In this document: one piece after another, positions 34,829-48,580 of the stretch
How the letters are laid out: each line of letters begins with the position of its first letter
Numbering within the stretch: position 1 is the stretch's first letter
Assembly: GCA_048013815.1 (NCBI GenBank)
Contig: CM106585.1
Span: 21,824,001-21,888,000 of the forward strand
Origin: Setoptus koraiensis
Lineage: Eukaryota; Animalia; Arthropoda
DNA length: 64,000 nucleotides
Reading direction: 5' to 3'
Notes under the pieces: model-generated
Databases searched by the model: none
Told to the model about the DNA's origin: nothing
What the model saw: only the letters and a program-made list of their open reading frames with translations
Position numbers and translations under genes: made by a program

Positions 34829-37800
34829 CTATTTTCTGTCTGAACAGACTCCATCGTGGCAAGCTTGACATAATGCCCTGAATGAATGATAATGAAAGCA
34901 CTTTATTACTAAATTTGTTTGTTGACAATAGTGCAAACGCATCTTGTAGTTATATATAAACATAATTCGCATTACTATGAATGCGAATGAAATGTGGTTC
35001 TCTTACCCATTGTGAGATGTTTTTGGTTTTCCAGCGCGCCTTTGTTTATCGATGGCTGGCATTTTGAACCCGTAATATAGCTGGCCTATTTTATTGTAGA
35101 AATTGTTTAACACTTTTCCAACTTCCTCCGGATACCACATTGCCCTTTCGAATTTGTTCGCCTGATTACAATGATCGCACTGTTGACCAAATAGTTTGAA
35201 GGCACAATATCCAATCTGATCCCAATTGTCATCGACATCCTTCAAGTCGGTGTCCTCAATAGATTTTTCTTGTACATCAATATCGATTTCCTCAGCATCC
35301 GCCGCTGCTATCTCAATCACAACCTGCTCGCACTTCAGATCTGCTTGCTTCTCGCTTTCGAATGCACAATCTTCATCTTGCTCGCCATTCTCGATTATCA
35401 CATCATTCTCGGTAGCTTGGTCGGCTTCGTTATCGGCGTCGTCATGGCCATGATGGTCGCCATCACCGCTATCATCATCATTTTCATTTTTGTTATCGCT
35501 ATCCGCGCTACAATCTTCACCGCAGCAACCGGATGATGAATGATCGCAATTGTCCGAGCTATCCGATGTGCTGTCCTCTGATATAGTCTGGAACAATTCA
35601 TACCAAAAGATCACTCGGCCCTTCATTGATGTCCAGCCGTGGCCACAATTGTCGCAACAAAAGCGCACCTTGGCCGAATCAACAAACATCTTAAATTTGC
35701 GATTTATACCCTGAATGTTGTTGTATAGCGGTTGTTGAGGCGGTTGTGGCGACCTATAGTGTCCATGATTCAATCTTGTTTGTGCGCGCATTGTTGTTGG
35801 CCTCATTAGCGGCTTAGTGTCTACCTCTTGCAAAAGCCATTTAGCGTTTGAGAATTGTTTAAATAACAATTCAAACTCCTCTTGCCACACTACGCTCATG
35901 CCGCTAATTAGGTTGTAAATAAAGTTTGAAGAGGGAGAGAGATCAAGTAATAAAAACAAATTAATCTCCATTGATTGAAATATAGTGCAATTGTAGTGTG
36001 CAGATTGTAAACAGCAGCGGTGATGATTTTAATATAATGTAACAATAATAACGATGCTGCAAACATCGATTGTTGTGATATAAAATAAAACATTGGACAA
36101 TAAAGATGATGATTTTATTACTTACTATGGTTGCTTTGAGCGAGTTTGCATCACTGTAACAGGTAACAATTGCAACAAATTGTAAGATTCGTCAGATAGG
36201 CAACTCATGGAATCGTCAGTTGTTGTATTGTATTCAATGAAGTCGGAATCATCATCATTAACAGCGTCGTTAAGTATGACTTTGTTTTGTTGTTGCTGTA
36301 GCTTTTGCTGGTAGTGATGAAGCTGATAGTTGGTTTGATTTAAATGGTGGCACGATGATGGTGTACAACTGTTTATTGGCACTATCTGCTGTAAATTAAT
36401 TGGCATGGGCATCACTGATTGGTGATATATCTGTTGATAGTGTTGCGTATGAATAGGATGATGATTATTATAAATAGTTGTGGCTGCCGGATGATGGTGA
36501 GCTGCCATCATGTGACAAGTGCTGGCAGCGGCAGTGGTGGCTATCGTTGGGGCCAGTGTAAAATAGTGGCCACCATGCTCAATGTGATTAGGCAAATAGG
36601 TTTCAAATGGCTGATGCGGCTGACCATTAGCGGTAGCGATATAATGAGCTGGCTGAAAGGAAATGGCCGCTGTTTTCATTGGCGTGGGTGGCGGTGGCGC
36701 AACCGAATAACAGTGGCCGTCATACTGTTTGAAATATTGTTGTTGTGACAATGGGGCCGGCAGCCTAGATGAATGATAACTGGATGATGACTTTTGGCAA
36801 CAATCAAGATCAGATTTCGTTGTTTGTGTCACTGAGTTGCTGTCCGCTGGCGTGCATTTTTCATTTTTTGTTGTCATTTGTTGCCTGTTGTTTGTACGCT
36901 GTCTGTTTCCATCAACTTGCTGACATTTTGCTTCTGTGGTGCTATTATTAATATTATTGTTGTTATTGTTGGCATCCGGATCGGGCACATCTGCGGTGGT
37001 TGCGATTGATTGCTGTTGATTTGTTATCGCAACAAGCGGATTATTATCATCACTATTGGCTGCTGAGCCGACACCAATAGCCAATCCAGCGGCGTTGTGT
37101 TGCTGATAGATATGTTGATTCATTAAATGCTGTTGAGATAACTGATGCTGCTGAGAATAGGCTGACGTTGTTGAGATTATCTGTTGATTTGAGGGCGACT
37201 TGCCACCGTCATTGTGGACGCTATTTCCATTTTGTTGCTGTTGTTGTTGTTGTTGCTGCTGCTGCTGCCCTATCAAAATATTGGCCGCAATGGGGCCGTG
37301 GCTGCCATTTAAATGAGAATGGTTATAATGAGAATGATTGCATGACGCCGTCGCCAATGTATCATTGATAGCCGGCTCAAGTAATATTGGTGCAGGCGTG
37401 GGCGGATGATGATAGGCGGCAAAAGCAGTAATTGGCATTGGCATTGATGCTTGCATTGGCACGGACATGGGCATGGGCATCGCGGCTATTGGCATATTGG
37501 ATATGGACATTGGCGCAAATTGATGATGCTGATATTGCATAATAGCGGCATTGTGTTGCTGTCTGGTCATATTAGCTGGCTGATAATAAATTGTGTGCTG
37601 ATTGGAGCGATGTCGCTGCTGTAAATGATGCTGCTGCTGATGATGATGATGGTGATGTCTCCATGTCTGGTGGTTGTAATAAGATTTGTTGTTGTTGTTA
37701 TTGTTGTTGCTGTTGTTGTTGTTATACAATGATCTGTTGTAGGCTGTCTGATTGCTGCGTATGTTGCCGTTACAATTGTTACTGTTACTGTTATAATGAT

Positions 37801-38980
37801 AATGTGAACTGTTGTTAATGTCCACAAATTGATTATTGCGGCTCTTATTACAGTGATTAACTGAATGACCGCTCAATAACGGTCTAGGTAACGTCGATTG
37901 TTTGCTACTACTAGCTGCTGCTGCTGCTAATTCATCGATTGCATCATCTTTCTTATTGGCCGGCTCTTGTTGCGCCCCTTGAGCAACGTCACTGGCATGT
38001 CGGTTTGACCCGTCGGCCGACTCACCTGTCTGTAGCGTGTCTGTCGTGGTCACATGAGACGACGACGACGACGACGACGACGATGCTGGTGACAATGACA
38101 CAATGGCCCCCTGATGCGTTAATCGGTGTTGAGCGATGCTGCCTTTGTCTATGTTGGTGTCCAATGACGTCGATGACGACAACGACGATGACAGCGAACA
38201 ATCGGTCATTGAGCTCGTCTCGTCATAATTGCCAGAATCCTGTTCGCTGGATTGGCTACTATTTGACACAGAAGGCGACAATTTCTTCACTTTCACCCCA
38301 TCTATATCAGGCACATCTTTTTCCCTATCTGCTGCTGCTACTGCTGAATTGTCGCCAGTAGACTCATGATCGAGTGGCGATAATGATGACGGGTTTTCTC
38401 CATCTTCATTAGGTGCTGCTGACTTTGGGGCACCTAATGAACATTTCTTTGAGTTGTTTCGCTGAGCATCGCAAGCAGTCACCATCTGAGTGGTTCCATC
38501 AACCACTTTGCTGTCACCAATCAAATCATTTGGTGCATCATTTTGGGTTTTGGGGCATTTAATGAGCTTGTTGCAAACCGAGGCAAAAGACAGCGGCAAC
38601 TTGCAATTCAATTTGTCACCAGTCGGCTCATGATTATTGTTGGCCTCGTCGGGCTCGTTTTGTTTGTTTGGCGTGTTGTTGTCATTAAAGACCGTTTGTA
38701 AAATCACATTTGCTTTAGATTTTAATTTGTTTTGCTTGTCAGTTTGCCTAAATAGTTTGCTGCCGGGCGACTGTTGCTGTTTGTTGCTATCTGCTGTCAC
38801 CGTGTGCTTCCGGTCTGCCAGTGTCGCTTGTCGGTTGTTGAATTCAATTTCGGCTGCTTTACTGTGACGACTGTTGTTGTTTATAAGTTGTTGGTGTTTC
38901 ATTCTAGCTTCTTCTTCTTGTTTATGCCTGCTAATGTAATTGTCTAAATGTAGTGTGCAGTCTGTTCGCTTGGGCCCCAT
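34829..38980 (-). CDS. Large low-complexity protein with C-terminal 3CxxC (ZAR1/RTP-type) zinc finger; 3 exons, ~1266 aa
   Basis: Exon 1 is 38980-36126; intron 36125-35904 (GTAAGT..TAG) splits the apparent TAG into TA|C = Tyr. Exon 2 is 35903-35007 (MSVVWQEEF...DSAKVRFCCDNCGHGWTSMKGRVIFW...FKLFGQQCDHC...GKPKTSHN). Intron 35006-34878 (GTAAGA..CAG). Exon 3 is 34877-34829 (GALCQACHDGVCSDRK*), supplying the last CxxC. Total 3801 nt, in frame. The exon 2-3 join is strongly supported; the exon 1-2 join is likely. Confidence 0.78.
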
Positions 38981-38996
38981 CAAATCGGCTAGATCG

Positions 38997-39061
38997 CTGT
39001 TGTTATCTAATAGATGGATGTTGTTATCTAATAGATGGATGTTGTTATCTAACAGATGGAT
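38997..39061. repeat. 21-bp tandem repeat x3 (TGTTGTTATCTAATAGATGGA)
   Basis: Three near-identical units just upstream of the first ATG of the 3CxxC gene. Confidence 0.85.
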
Positions 39062-39569
39062 GGCACTAGTGACACATAGCAGTTGTTCTACTTTGATTAA
39101 ACTTGGTACAAAATAATCATTTGAATGGTTTTCAATCAGCACACACAGCAACTTACACAAAGCCAAGTGATAGATGGATATAGATGATATATGGCATATT
39201 GTTTATATTAGATACAACAGTAGATAGCTGTAAACAAATAAGAGTAGACAAACAGCATAAGTAAGAAGACTTAACAATGTAGTTGTCTATATACGAACAG
39301 ATTGCTACATGTGAATAAGGGTGCCAAAGACAATGTTGATGTCTAGGCTTGTTGATGTTGGTTGCGACGATGATGCTGAGTGGTGGTTGTTGCGGAGTTG
39401 CACTTAATAACTAAACTTAATTGACATATCATATCATGTATTTGTTGTTACCTTATTAATCTAACCAGCTATCTAGATTGACTTTAATGTGCAACAAATG
39501 TGCGTTAATAGAGCAACATTAATGAGTGCATTTGCGACACTATCTACGCTGTATGGCGCTAGTTTATGG

Positions 39570-39570
<1 letters not shown>

Positions 39571-39639
<69 letters not shown>
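39571..39639. repeat. (GT)n microsatellite
   Basis: About 34 perfect TG units. Confidence 0.95.
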
Positions 39640-39640
<1 letters not shown>

Positions 39641-40679
39641 GAACTGGAAAACGCAAATGATGATATAATTATAAATGGAAGATCAACAGCACAACAAGCG
39701 CACTATAAAAAATTAGATTATTATATTATTATCATATTGTTGTTTGGCCGGGTTTCGCGTTGTAGGCTCTGTAGGCGACAAAAGTGTCATCTGGCGCGAC
39801 GTTGAGCATCCTGTTGATTTGTATCTCGCTAGCTCTCACTCGGCTGCAAGAGCCATGTTGCCCTGGCTAGACCCTAGATAGTGGTACAAACAGACAGACA
39901 GACAGGCGGACAAACAGACAGAGGATCTTGCCAAGAGATTTACAATTGTCAGTGATTTAGTTTGGCCTCTATTGTGTTAGTGTTAAACGATGTTAACGCT
40001 TAGCACCAGCGGATTGCGTATGTGCGTTTGTTGCCGTTGACGACCACAGGCCACAGACCATAGACGCAACAGCACCAATGGCAGCCACCAAAACACTAAT
40101 AATAATGCAACGGGAACGCGACAATGTCAGGCCAATGATTGTGATGACGTCAAGCCAAGCATCACGGCGGTGTGGCCAATAATCACAGTAGCAACAACAG
40201 CAGCAACAACAGCAACAGCAACAACAACAGTGGCTCTGATGATTGTCGTTGACAATTCGTGTAGTCAGTGTTTATTGGTGCTCAGTTTTTTAGTCGCTGC
40301 CACTTGTCGCTCTCCTCTGACAGCTACCACCTGTGTAGTGAGAGTAGGTGTGTGTGTGTGTGCTATATGGGCTATACGCTGTGTGCAATGTCACCTCAGC
40401 TCAAACGAACCATCTCCACTGAATTTGACTGTTGAGAGGCTGTGCAAATTGTGAAAAAGATGCCCAATTGAAAAGTGAGTCAGTCTGAATGAAAAGTCAG
40501 TCTCATACGGCACCACAACACTGCACACAAACAAACTGTGGTGTGTATCGCCCTCAATCAGTGCCAGTGTCTAGCCAGCAGCAGACTAGTGTGCGGACCA
40601 TAAACCAATGCTGTGAATCAGCCAGTGAGTCGTTTAAATTCGCTCGTTCTCATCGGAATTCATTCAACGTTGTTCGTGC

Positions 40680-43600
40680 CCGACACACTAGACACACAGC
40701 CGACACACAGCCGACACACAGCCGACACACAACCGACTGACAATAACCGAACAGCGCTAACGAACAACAACAAACAAACAAGCGAGCAGGCAGCCAGACA
40801 TAAACGACAATAGAGAGCGAATAGAGAGCGAATAGAGAGCGAAACAATCATTAGCGGCTGACAGGTTGCAGCTCGCCAGAGCCGGGCAAAAAATGAATTA
40901 ATCCAATGGCTGGCAATTTATTCATTGGCGCACTTTCGCCAATGACAACTGCAAACTCTTTGAGGCCTCTCGAAGCTCGCGAGCTGCAAACTCATCGGAC
41001 TGCAATGATTGGAGTTAGCGCCCGCTCCAAAGTCAGCGCCGTGCCGTAACCGGGTGCGTGAGTTAGCAGAGACACGGCATTGCAGCGAGCGGGCGATACG
41101 ACGACTGTGACACTGTGATCCAATCAGACGGATTGGCGTGAACTGGCAGCGCCCAAATCAACTTATCCACTGCACGCTCACTTAATTTCGATTGCCTGTC
41201 GCCGGCTAGTTGGGGCTGCTTTTTAGCCGGCCTACAGCTCGCTTTTGGTCGGCCTACAGCTCGCTTTTGGTCGGCCTACACGGCTCGCAGTAGGCTAATG
41301 GCTCTCGATATATAAGGCAGCCCGTACATATAGAGTGTGGCAGCCAGACTGTGGCTGCCAGAGGCACAAATTGAATTGGCAGGCGAAATTGAATTGCAAG
41401 CCAGCGAGTCAGCCGGCAAGTCAGCCAGTCGGTGGGTCTCAGTGAGCGGCAGATTTGATGATGGCGGCCAAATCTGGTCGTCAAATTGCAAATCATCACA
41501 TTGCGCAATCATGAGCAACGCTGATGATTATTTTTGTGACGAAAACTGACGAAAACACAACAACCACAACCACAGCAACAACTGCCGACCGACAAGCGTT
41601 CACGCAACCAACCGACAGCATGCAATATTGAATATGATGTTGCGGGCCTGACTTGCTTGGATGGGCCCGTAATTGGAAAACAATAACCAACAGCGAGCAG
41701 CGAGCAACGAATTGCGAATCGCAATAACAACGCCAAGAACAATGCTAAATCGCCAGTAATGATAGCAATAATTGATTATGTGTGCGCACTAATATTGATT
41801 TGCCTCAATGATTATAGAAACAGTGTGTTGTTCGTGACTTTTCGTCGCTCTAGCCAGTCGGGCGCGCTCCACTTTGCAACTTTCGCCGGCAAGCGCCGCC
41901 TGCCTCTGACTTGACGAGCACAGCCACCGGTCGGATGCGAGTCGCTCCCACGGCTCGAAGAGCCGAGCTCGAGCAGTCGAGCTCGAGCAGTCGAGCTCGA
42001 GCAGTCGAGCTCGAGCAGTCGAACGCGGCAGTCGAACGCGGCAGTCGAACGCGACAGTCGAACTGGATGGGTCGGCCAACGTCGGAGGGGAGCCAAGAAG
42101 CCCAAATGTTGCTTTAGTCGCACCAGTCGCATTACTATTCAAGTGGCGCCAAATCATCGGTGCAACGGGGAGCGGGGGAGGCGGAAAATTGTCGGCAGAG
42201 CGCCGAGAAGCGACAGAGCATCGGCCAGCGGTGGCCAGTGATTGCCGGTAGTGGCCCATAGGCCCGGCGAACCACAAACAATGCTGACAACTATATTGAA
42301 TATAGAGAGAGAGCTGCTTGATATGCGACAGGAATGGCAGGAATAGTAAACAAGTGTACACATGTAATTGGCACTGAGCGTGTGTTGCGCAATAGTATTG
42401 AGTAACTATAGTGGCCAGCGCCGGCAAACAAGCCGGCCATCGGTATATACAGTGCATACAGTGCGCAAGTAGTGACAGTTGGCCGCACACAGTCAGTTGG
42501 CCAGTGGTTGTTGTTTTTGTGCCGATGGAATGTCAAAATTGTCAATTAGTGTGTGGCCCTGGTGTGTCGACGCGCCACCGAGATTGAGCAACGATAGTGG
42601 CCAGCGGACCGAGCGGCTTTGGGTCGGGCGTCTCGGGCACGACGGGAGCCGCAATTGGGCCAACAGTGTTGGTGCTGTCGCACAAATCGTGAGTCGCAAC
42701 TTGTGAGTCGCAACTTGTGAGTCACAACTTGTGAGTCACAACTTGTGAGTTACAACTGCGACTCACGCTGCCGTCAGTGGGTGCAGTTTGTCATGAATAA
42801 AAAACAGCCAGCCAGCCAGCCAGCCAGCGACCAGTGAGCAGGTGCCTGCGATGCTGCCGCTGCCGCTGCAAGTGACGCACAACCCCAGAGAGATAAAGTC
42901 AATTAATTCGTCACTCTTACATAACAATGCATAATGGAGGCACCGCGTTTGCGATGCATTGTGGCATCGTGCGAGCTCGTTTCTGGCTGACAATTGCGCC
43001 ACTAAACTAGACACACTTGAGCACACTTGAGCCTATAAGCGACAAGTGCATCGCAAGCAGCCAGCCAGCCCTGACAAGCCTGCACCTGTCACTGTCACCC
43101 ATGTTGGCGTGCCCGTGCTGCCACGATGGCTGCCACGCTGGCTGCCGGGATGCCAGCGGTTGGCTGGCCCCACAATGGCTGCGCTTATTATTTAGCGCGC
43201 TCAATTTGAGGCCCAATGTGCCAATAATGTCATTTGCATTACACGCTCCTAATGGCAGGGGCCGCGCGCCACAGCGGCCCGACAAGTATATCATTGGTGT
43301 ATGCATTGCATAAGGAATGCTCGCACAAAATACACGCGCAATATACGCGCGATATACGCGCGATATACGCGCGATATATGCGAGAATGTTAGTTAGACTG
43401 ATGAGCTAGATGGATTATGTGGCGCGCTAAGGTCGGTCGCGCTCCGCTCGCTCGTGTGCCGCTTGCGAGTCGCACAACTTGTGTGACACAAGCGAGCCAC
43501 GGTGCGATATGGCGCCATCGGTGCCCGTTGGCATAGGTGCGCCACTGCAAGTGTGACATCGCAAGTGTGACATCGCAAGTGTGACATCGCAAGTGTGAAT

Positions 43601-46600
43601 AAGCATGTTTATATCTATCATTTATGCATAATAAACGTAACGATATAAATCGATGATGGGCTCACAATTGCCGCCTGGCGCTACCATTGAGCACACCATT
43701 GACACACACACACACGGATGGGGCCCGCAACCTTATCAATATTGTGAGCGGCGTTGCGATTTATCCGCGATAAGCGCCCCTGGAAACGTCACAAGGGCCG
43801 TCAGAAAGGAGAAACGAACCAGAGACACGAACCAGAGACACAAACCAGAGACACAAACCAGAGCGACGCGACCCACAAAGACGCACAACGGCTTAGATGT
43901 GAGAGGGGTGGCTAGTTTATTTCCATTTTATCATTTTCTGGCGCCACCACTCAGGGCCCCTGAGACAATCTTCATATTGTGTGGCGCCAGCGAGCTCTCA
44001 CAGCGCTCACAAGTTGCGAGTCACGAGTTGCGAGTCACGACGACCATACGATACGACGACCAGTGGGCCTGTCGCGGCTACCGGCTTGGCGACTCGCCAA
44101 GAGGCGCATTCGCGTTGCTCGATGCAGCACTATGCATGCTCTCACACGGCCGTGCTTATAATATAATAATACTAACAATGCTCAATCCGTGCCCTCCAAA
44201 CACTACATACACACACTGTATACACCGATACATATACACCGATAATAACAATGCTATGCGTAATATATGGACATGGTGAGCGCGATGAGGCCATTGTGCC
44301 ATCTTGCCACTCGCCGGCAGCCAGAAATGTCGACTGGACGAGCTGCGAGCGGCCGATTGCGCCAATTGCGACGCGAATTGCGACAATTCATTGCATTCAA
44401 TTAGAATTTTGAATTTTGAATTGGGCGCAAAAGCAAAATTCCGCAAAGCGCACAAGTCTGGCACCATGTACGCGGGCCCCAGCCGACGGCCAGCCAGAGA
44501 TAGCGTCAGTCGGCAGTTGCCTTCAGTCGCTGGCCGATAATATCCGATAACATCCGTCAGCGAGTCAGCGAGCCAGCGTGTCAGCGAGCCAGCGTGTCAG
44601 CGAGTCAGCGCTGAGCGTTGTATGGGCGTTGCATGAGCTCCAAAGAGCCTCGGGCCGGTCATGCTAATCAAGCCGTCACACGGGCGCCCAGGTCGCTCTC
44701 AAATGTATACACTTGCCGCTATTATGTGTAAGTGTGCTCAATGGGGCTCGTTATCGATCTGCCCGCCAGCGTTGGCTCGCCGTCGAGCCGACATGACAGT
44801 TTTATACAATCCTCCCTTTATTATCTCCATTATCTGCCTGGCTCAAACGTTGCCAGGGGACGCGCGCCGGCCAGACAGCCAGCCGACGAGCCAGCCGCCC
44901 GACGAGCCAGCCAGCCGTGCAACAACGAACTCTGATCGGGACATGGGATGCAATTTTGGGGCCCCGGCTGTTAGTTGCGAGCGGGCTCTTAGTTGCAGCG
45001 CGCTTTCTAGGAACGCCGGTTGTGCCAGAGTTACCAAGTTGCAAAAAGAGCCGCACAACCGACGCACAGCCGCATTAGGTAGGAAATGAACGCAATCCAA
45101 TATGAGATTAGGGCCCGCCAGTGACAACTTGCGACTTTAAGCCGTTATTTGGCGTTGCTGTGGCGGTGGCTGTTGTTGTTGCTGTGGCGGTGGCTGTTGT
45201 CGTTGCGGTGGTTGTCATCGTGGACGGTGTTGCGGCGCCAAAGTTGAGTGGGTGAAGCAACGAAAAAGTCATGTTAATAATGTTGCAGTTGTTGCCATGT
45301 TTGCGGTGATAATTGGTACCTTGTGCCAATTTGACTGCGCATAGCGCCGCCATTGCGTAGCCCGGCGTAGATATGTGCAAGTGTCCTCTAAACTCGTCCA
45401 CTGATCTGCCGCAATAGTTAGTGCCGCAATAGTTAGTGCTGCAATAGTTGAGGCTGCAATACTTTAGGCTGCATGTTATCCAATAGCCACGCTATCGGCT
45501 GCCGGCTGTGCGTCATTATAACGGCAATCAAACAATCATTTTCGTCATTCTAATGGATTATTATCATGTGTTTGCTGCGTATCGCGTGTACGTCTGGCGC
45601 GTATCGCGTTGCACTTGCCTCTGTTTGGTTTCAGTTGGTTCCGTTTGGTTCCATTCGGCTCCGTTCGGCTTCGTTCGGCTTCGTTCGGCTTCGTTCGGCT
45701 TCGTTCGGCTCCGTTCGGCTCAATTTCGAACGGGTTGCGCTGGGTTGCGCCAGCGAGAAGCCAAACAAAAAGTCATTCCAATGGCTGGCTATGGCAAACA
45801 AACCGCCCCGTCCGACAGCGTCGCATGTACTGTACGTATAAACGTGTGCACGAGTGCGTGTGTGTGTGTTTATGTGTAACAGGAAGCAATACAACAATAA
45901 TGTTTAGTCTGACAGAGACGTTTGTAGGATCACAAACCGCTATATGAATTCAATGGGGGCGACATTGGCAGCGACACAAAACACAATAACAGACACGGGC
46001 ACCCCTCATGGCCCACAAATGGCTGAGGCACAATGAGAACGCCCCCCGTCTCGATTGCTGGCCGGGCGACTCGCCAATCGGACCGGCAAGCTAACGGCGC
46101 CCGGCGGGCGCATTCTTGGCGCAATCTTGCCAACCGGCGGCTCGCCAGTCGACAGCGAGCGAGCCGTTGGCCGGCAAGATGGGCCGCTGGACGGGCCGAT
46201 TGTTGGCCGGAGGGACGTTGGAGCGAGGCAACCGAAAGCAGCGAGAGCAACGAGGGAGCGCCGAACGGGACGCGGGCCGAAAGGAGTGAGGGTGGCAAAT
46301 GGCTTCGGAGGCGAGCAAAGAAAGATTAATTGAAGTTGCCGGGCGGGCCGGCGCGCGACAAAACTATTCATACTTTGGTCATAGTTTGGTCATAGTTTGG
46401 TCATAGTTTGGTGTAACTGGCAACTAAACTGGTGATAGTTGTAGCGACTGTTGTTTGTGCGCGCAATGTCGCTACTCAAATCGTATTTACAGTGTGCGTT
46501 TCGCATATAAACAGTTGCAAAGCGGTTTGCATATCCATATTTGCACACACATTGTCCGCGTCTTGGCGCATCTCGTCGGGGCCTCATGCGGGCACATGCG

Positions 46601-48000
46601 GATATGCGAGCATGTATGCGGATGTATGCGGACGTATGCGGACGCACGAGCATGTACGCCCAAAGGACAGACGATGTTGTCGGCACGAGATGCGCCAAGA
46701 CGAGAGGCGAGGGGGCAGCTCCAGTAATTGGAGGGTGACAGTGTAAAAGTGGAGCTCGAAAGTTATACCAAGCGCAAGATATACGCCCGCTCATTGGGCC
46801 GTCGGCGAGCTTATGGAGATCGATCAAAATATGCCTTTGTTGTCTTGTTGTTGTTGTTCTCGACACTTGCCGTTGCACACGCCAGCTCTGGCCCGCCTAG
46901 CCCGGCTATTTTGGGTTCTTTGGGGCCGGCTCGTTTGGCTCGCGGGGCTCGTTTGGCTCGTTGGGCCCGCTTGGCTCGTTTGGCGCGCACTTACGCTGGC
47001 TCGCTTGAGAGCGAGCGCAGCCAGCAGAACGGCAGTATGACGACGGCGGTGCGGCGACCGTCACACAGTGGTCAGCGAACGAGAAAGATGGCCAACAGAC
47101 AAGACACGGCAATAGCCGCTTAAGCAAGCCTGACAGCTCTTTAAGTGGGCCCCCGCGTGCGCCCAAAATAGCGAACGTGAGCGCTTGTCGGTGATGATGG
47201 TTCCAGTTGAGTTGCATTTCTAGTTATAGTGATAGCATTTTTAGTGACTAGGTCATACTGATATCGTTGGCTCGCCGAGTGATTGCCCGCGAGATAGACG
47301 CACGCGGTTCAGTGTCTCGCCAACAGCGGCCGACAGCGGCCAACAGCGGCCAACAGAGACAGACAGCGGCCAAGACACGGCTCTGGCGGCAAGTGACGCC
47401 AGCGAGAGATTGTTGCCTACCTATGCTTACGTAACCGTAATGTCAGCGACAGCAGTGGCGCACAGGGCGCTTTTATAGGTTGCTGCTGGCGGTGTTATTG
47501 TTGAGGCGAGCTTGTTTCTTTTGTATTTCATTATCCAGCCACCAGAGAGTCGGTGTTGCCGCCAGAGCTCAAGTACGCTGCTGTCCGTGCGCTGCCTTGG
47601 TGCGCTCAAGTGAGTTTCTCCAGGCATGTGTGTGTGTGTGTGTTCGTATTCCAACGGTGTGTGCGTGTCTGTGCTCTGGGACAAGAGGGCAACTATCCGA
47701 GCGAGCAACTTGAACAGTAAATAGTGGTTGCCATCATTAGGGTTATTACATTTACTGCTGCACCCGCTGGCAGGATCTTTTGGGGCCCGTATAGCTCGGC
47801 GGGGCTGGCTCGGAGATAGCGAACGATTTGTAAGCGGATACCGCGCTCGTGAAACCCAAGCAGGTCGCCAGTGTAGTGTGCACTGGCAACACACACACAC
47901 ACACACTACACTACACACATGCTATGCGCACTCACATGACAACATAACATCACAACAATGCGATGGGGCCCCCACGATCGGGGCCCACACGATCGCGCAC

Positions 48001-48034
<34 letters not shown>

Positions 48035-48580
48035 CAGGCTTCGTCGTGCAGCTTCTGGCTGGACCCGAGTGCGCCTGTGCGTGCTGCTGCAACTTGCCAC
48101 CGAACCAGGCGCGCGTTGGCCGCCGACTCAAGCTTCGCCTCAGCGCCCGACTCACTCGGCTGAGTCTGGCTGAGCGCTCAGGCTGTGCTGGCGTGCTCGG
48201 CAGCCGGATTATAATCGTGCCGCACAGTCACTGTGCCACAGCGACAACTTTGTCGCCACCGACTGTACACGAGGCCAGCTCGCCAGGCTTGCGTGTCCGT
48301 GCTAGCGCGCAATACTGTGCCACAGCTATGGCATAATACGCGCTATAGCGCATTCATGGTGCAAGCCAAGTTGTGGCGCTGCCGCCATTGGACACACACG
48401 CTGACAAAGAGCTCTTGTGCACAATCAATACGCGCTAGCCAAACAGTTCGATTGCTCAAGCTGGCTGGTATCCTGTTTTTGGCCTTAAGCCCGTGCGATA
48501 GTTCGACGGCGCCATAGTTCGACGCGCGATAGTTCGACAGCGCCATAGTTCGACGCGCCATAGTTCGATTGTGTGTGCGT
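40680..48580. repeat. GC-rich non-coding block with ~20 different short tandem arrays (10-22 bp units, 2-6 copies each)
   Basis: Examples with approximate positions: GACACACAGCC 40681, AATAGAGAGCG 40809, GGCCTACAGCTCGCTTTTGGTC 41229, GAGCTCGAGCAGTC 41965, GTGAGTCGCAACTT 42690, GATATACGCGC 43345, GCAAGTGTGACATC 43547, GTCAGCGAGCCAGCGT 44560, GGCTTCGTTC 45665, TTGGTCATAGT 46375, CAGCGGCCAA 47325, GCCATAGTTCGACGC 48510. Confidence 0.85.

Noticed and set aside
41960-48570. Short direct-repeat arrays as possible CRISPR arrays
   Set aside because: Units are contiguous with no unique spacers, there are no cas genes, and the context is eukaryotic.
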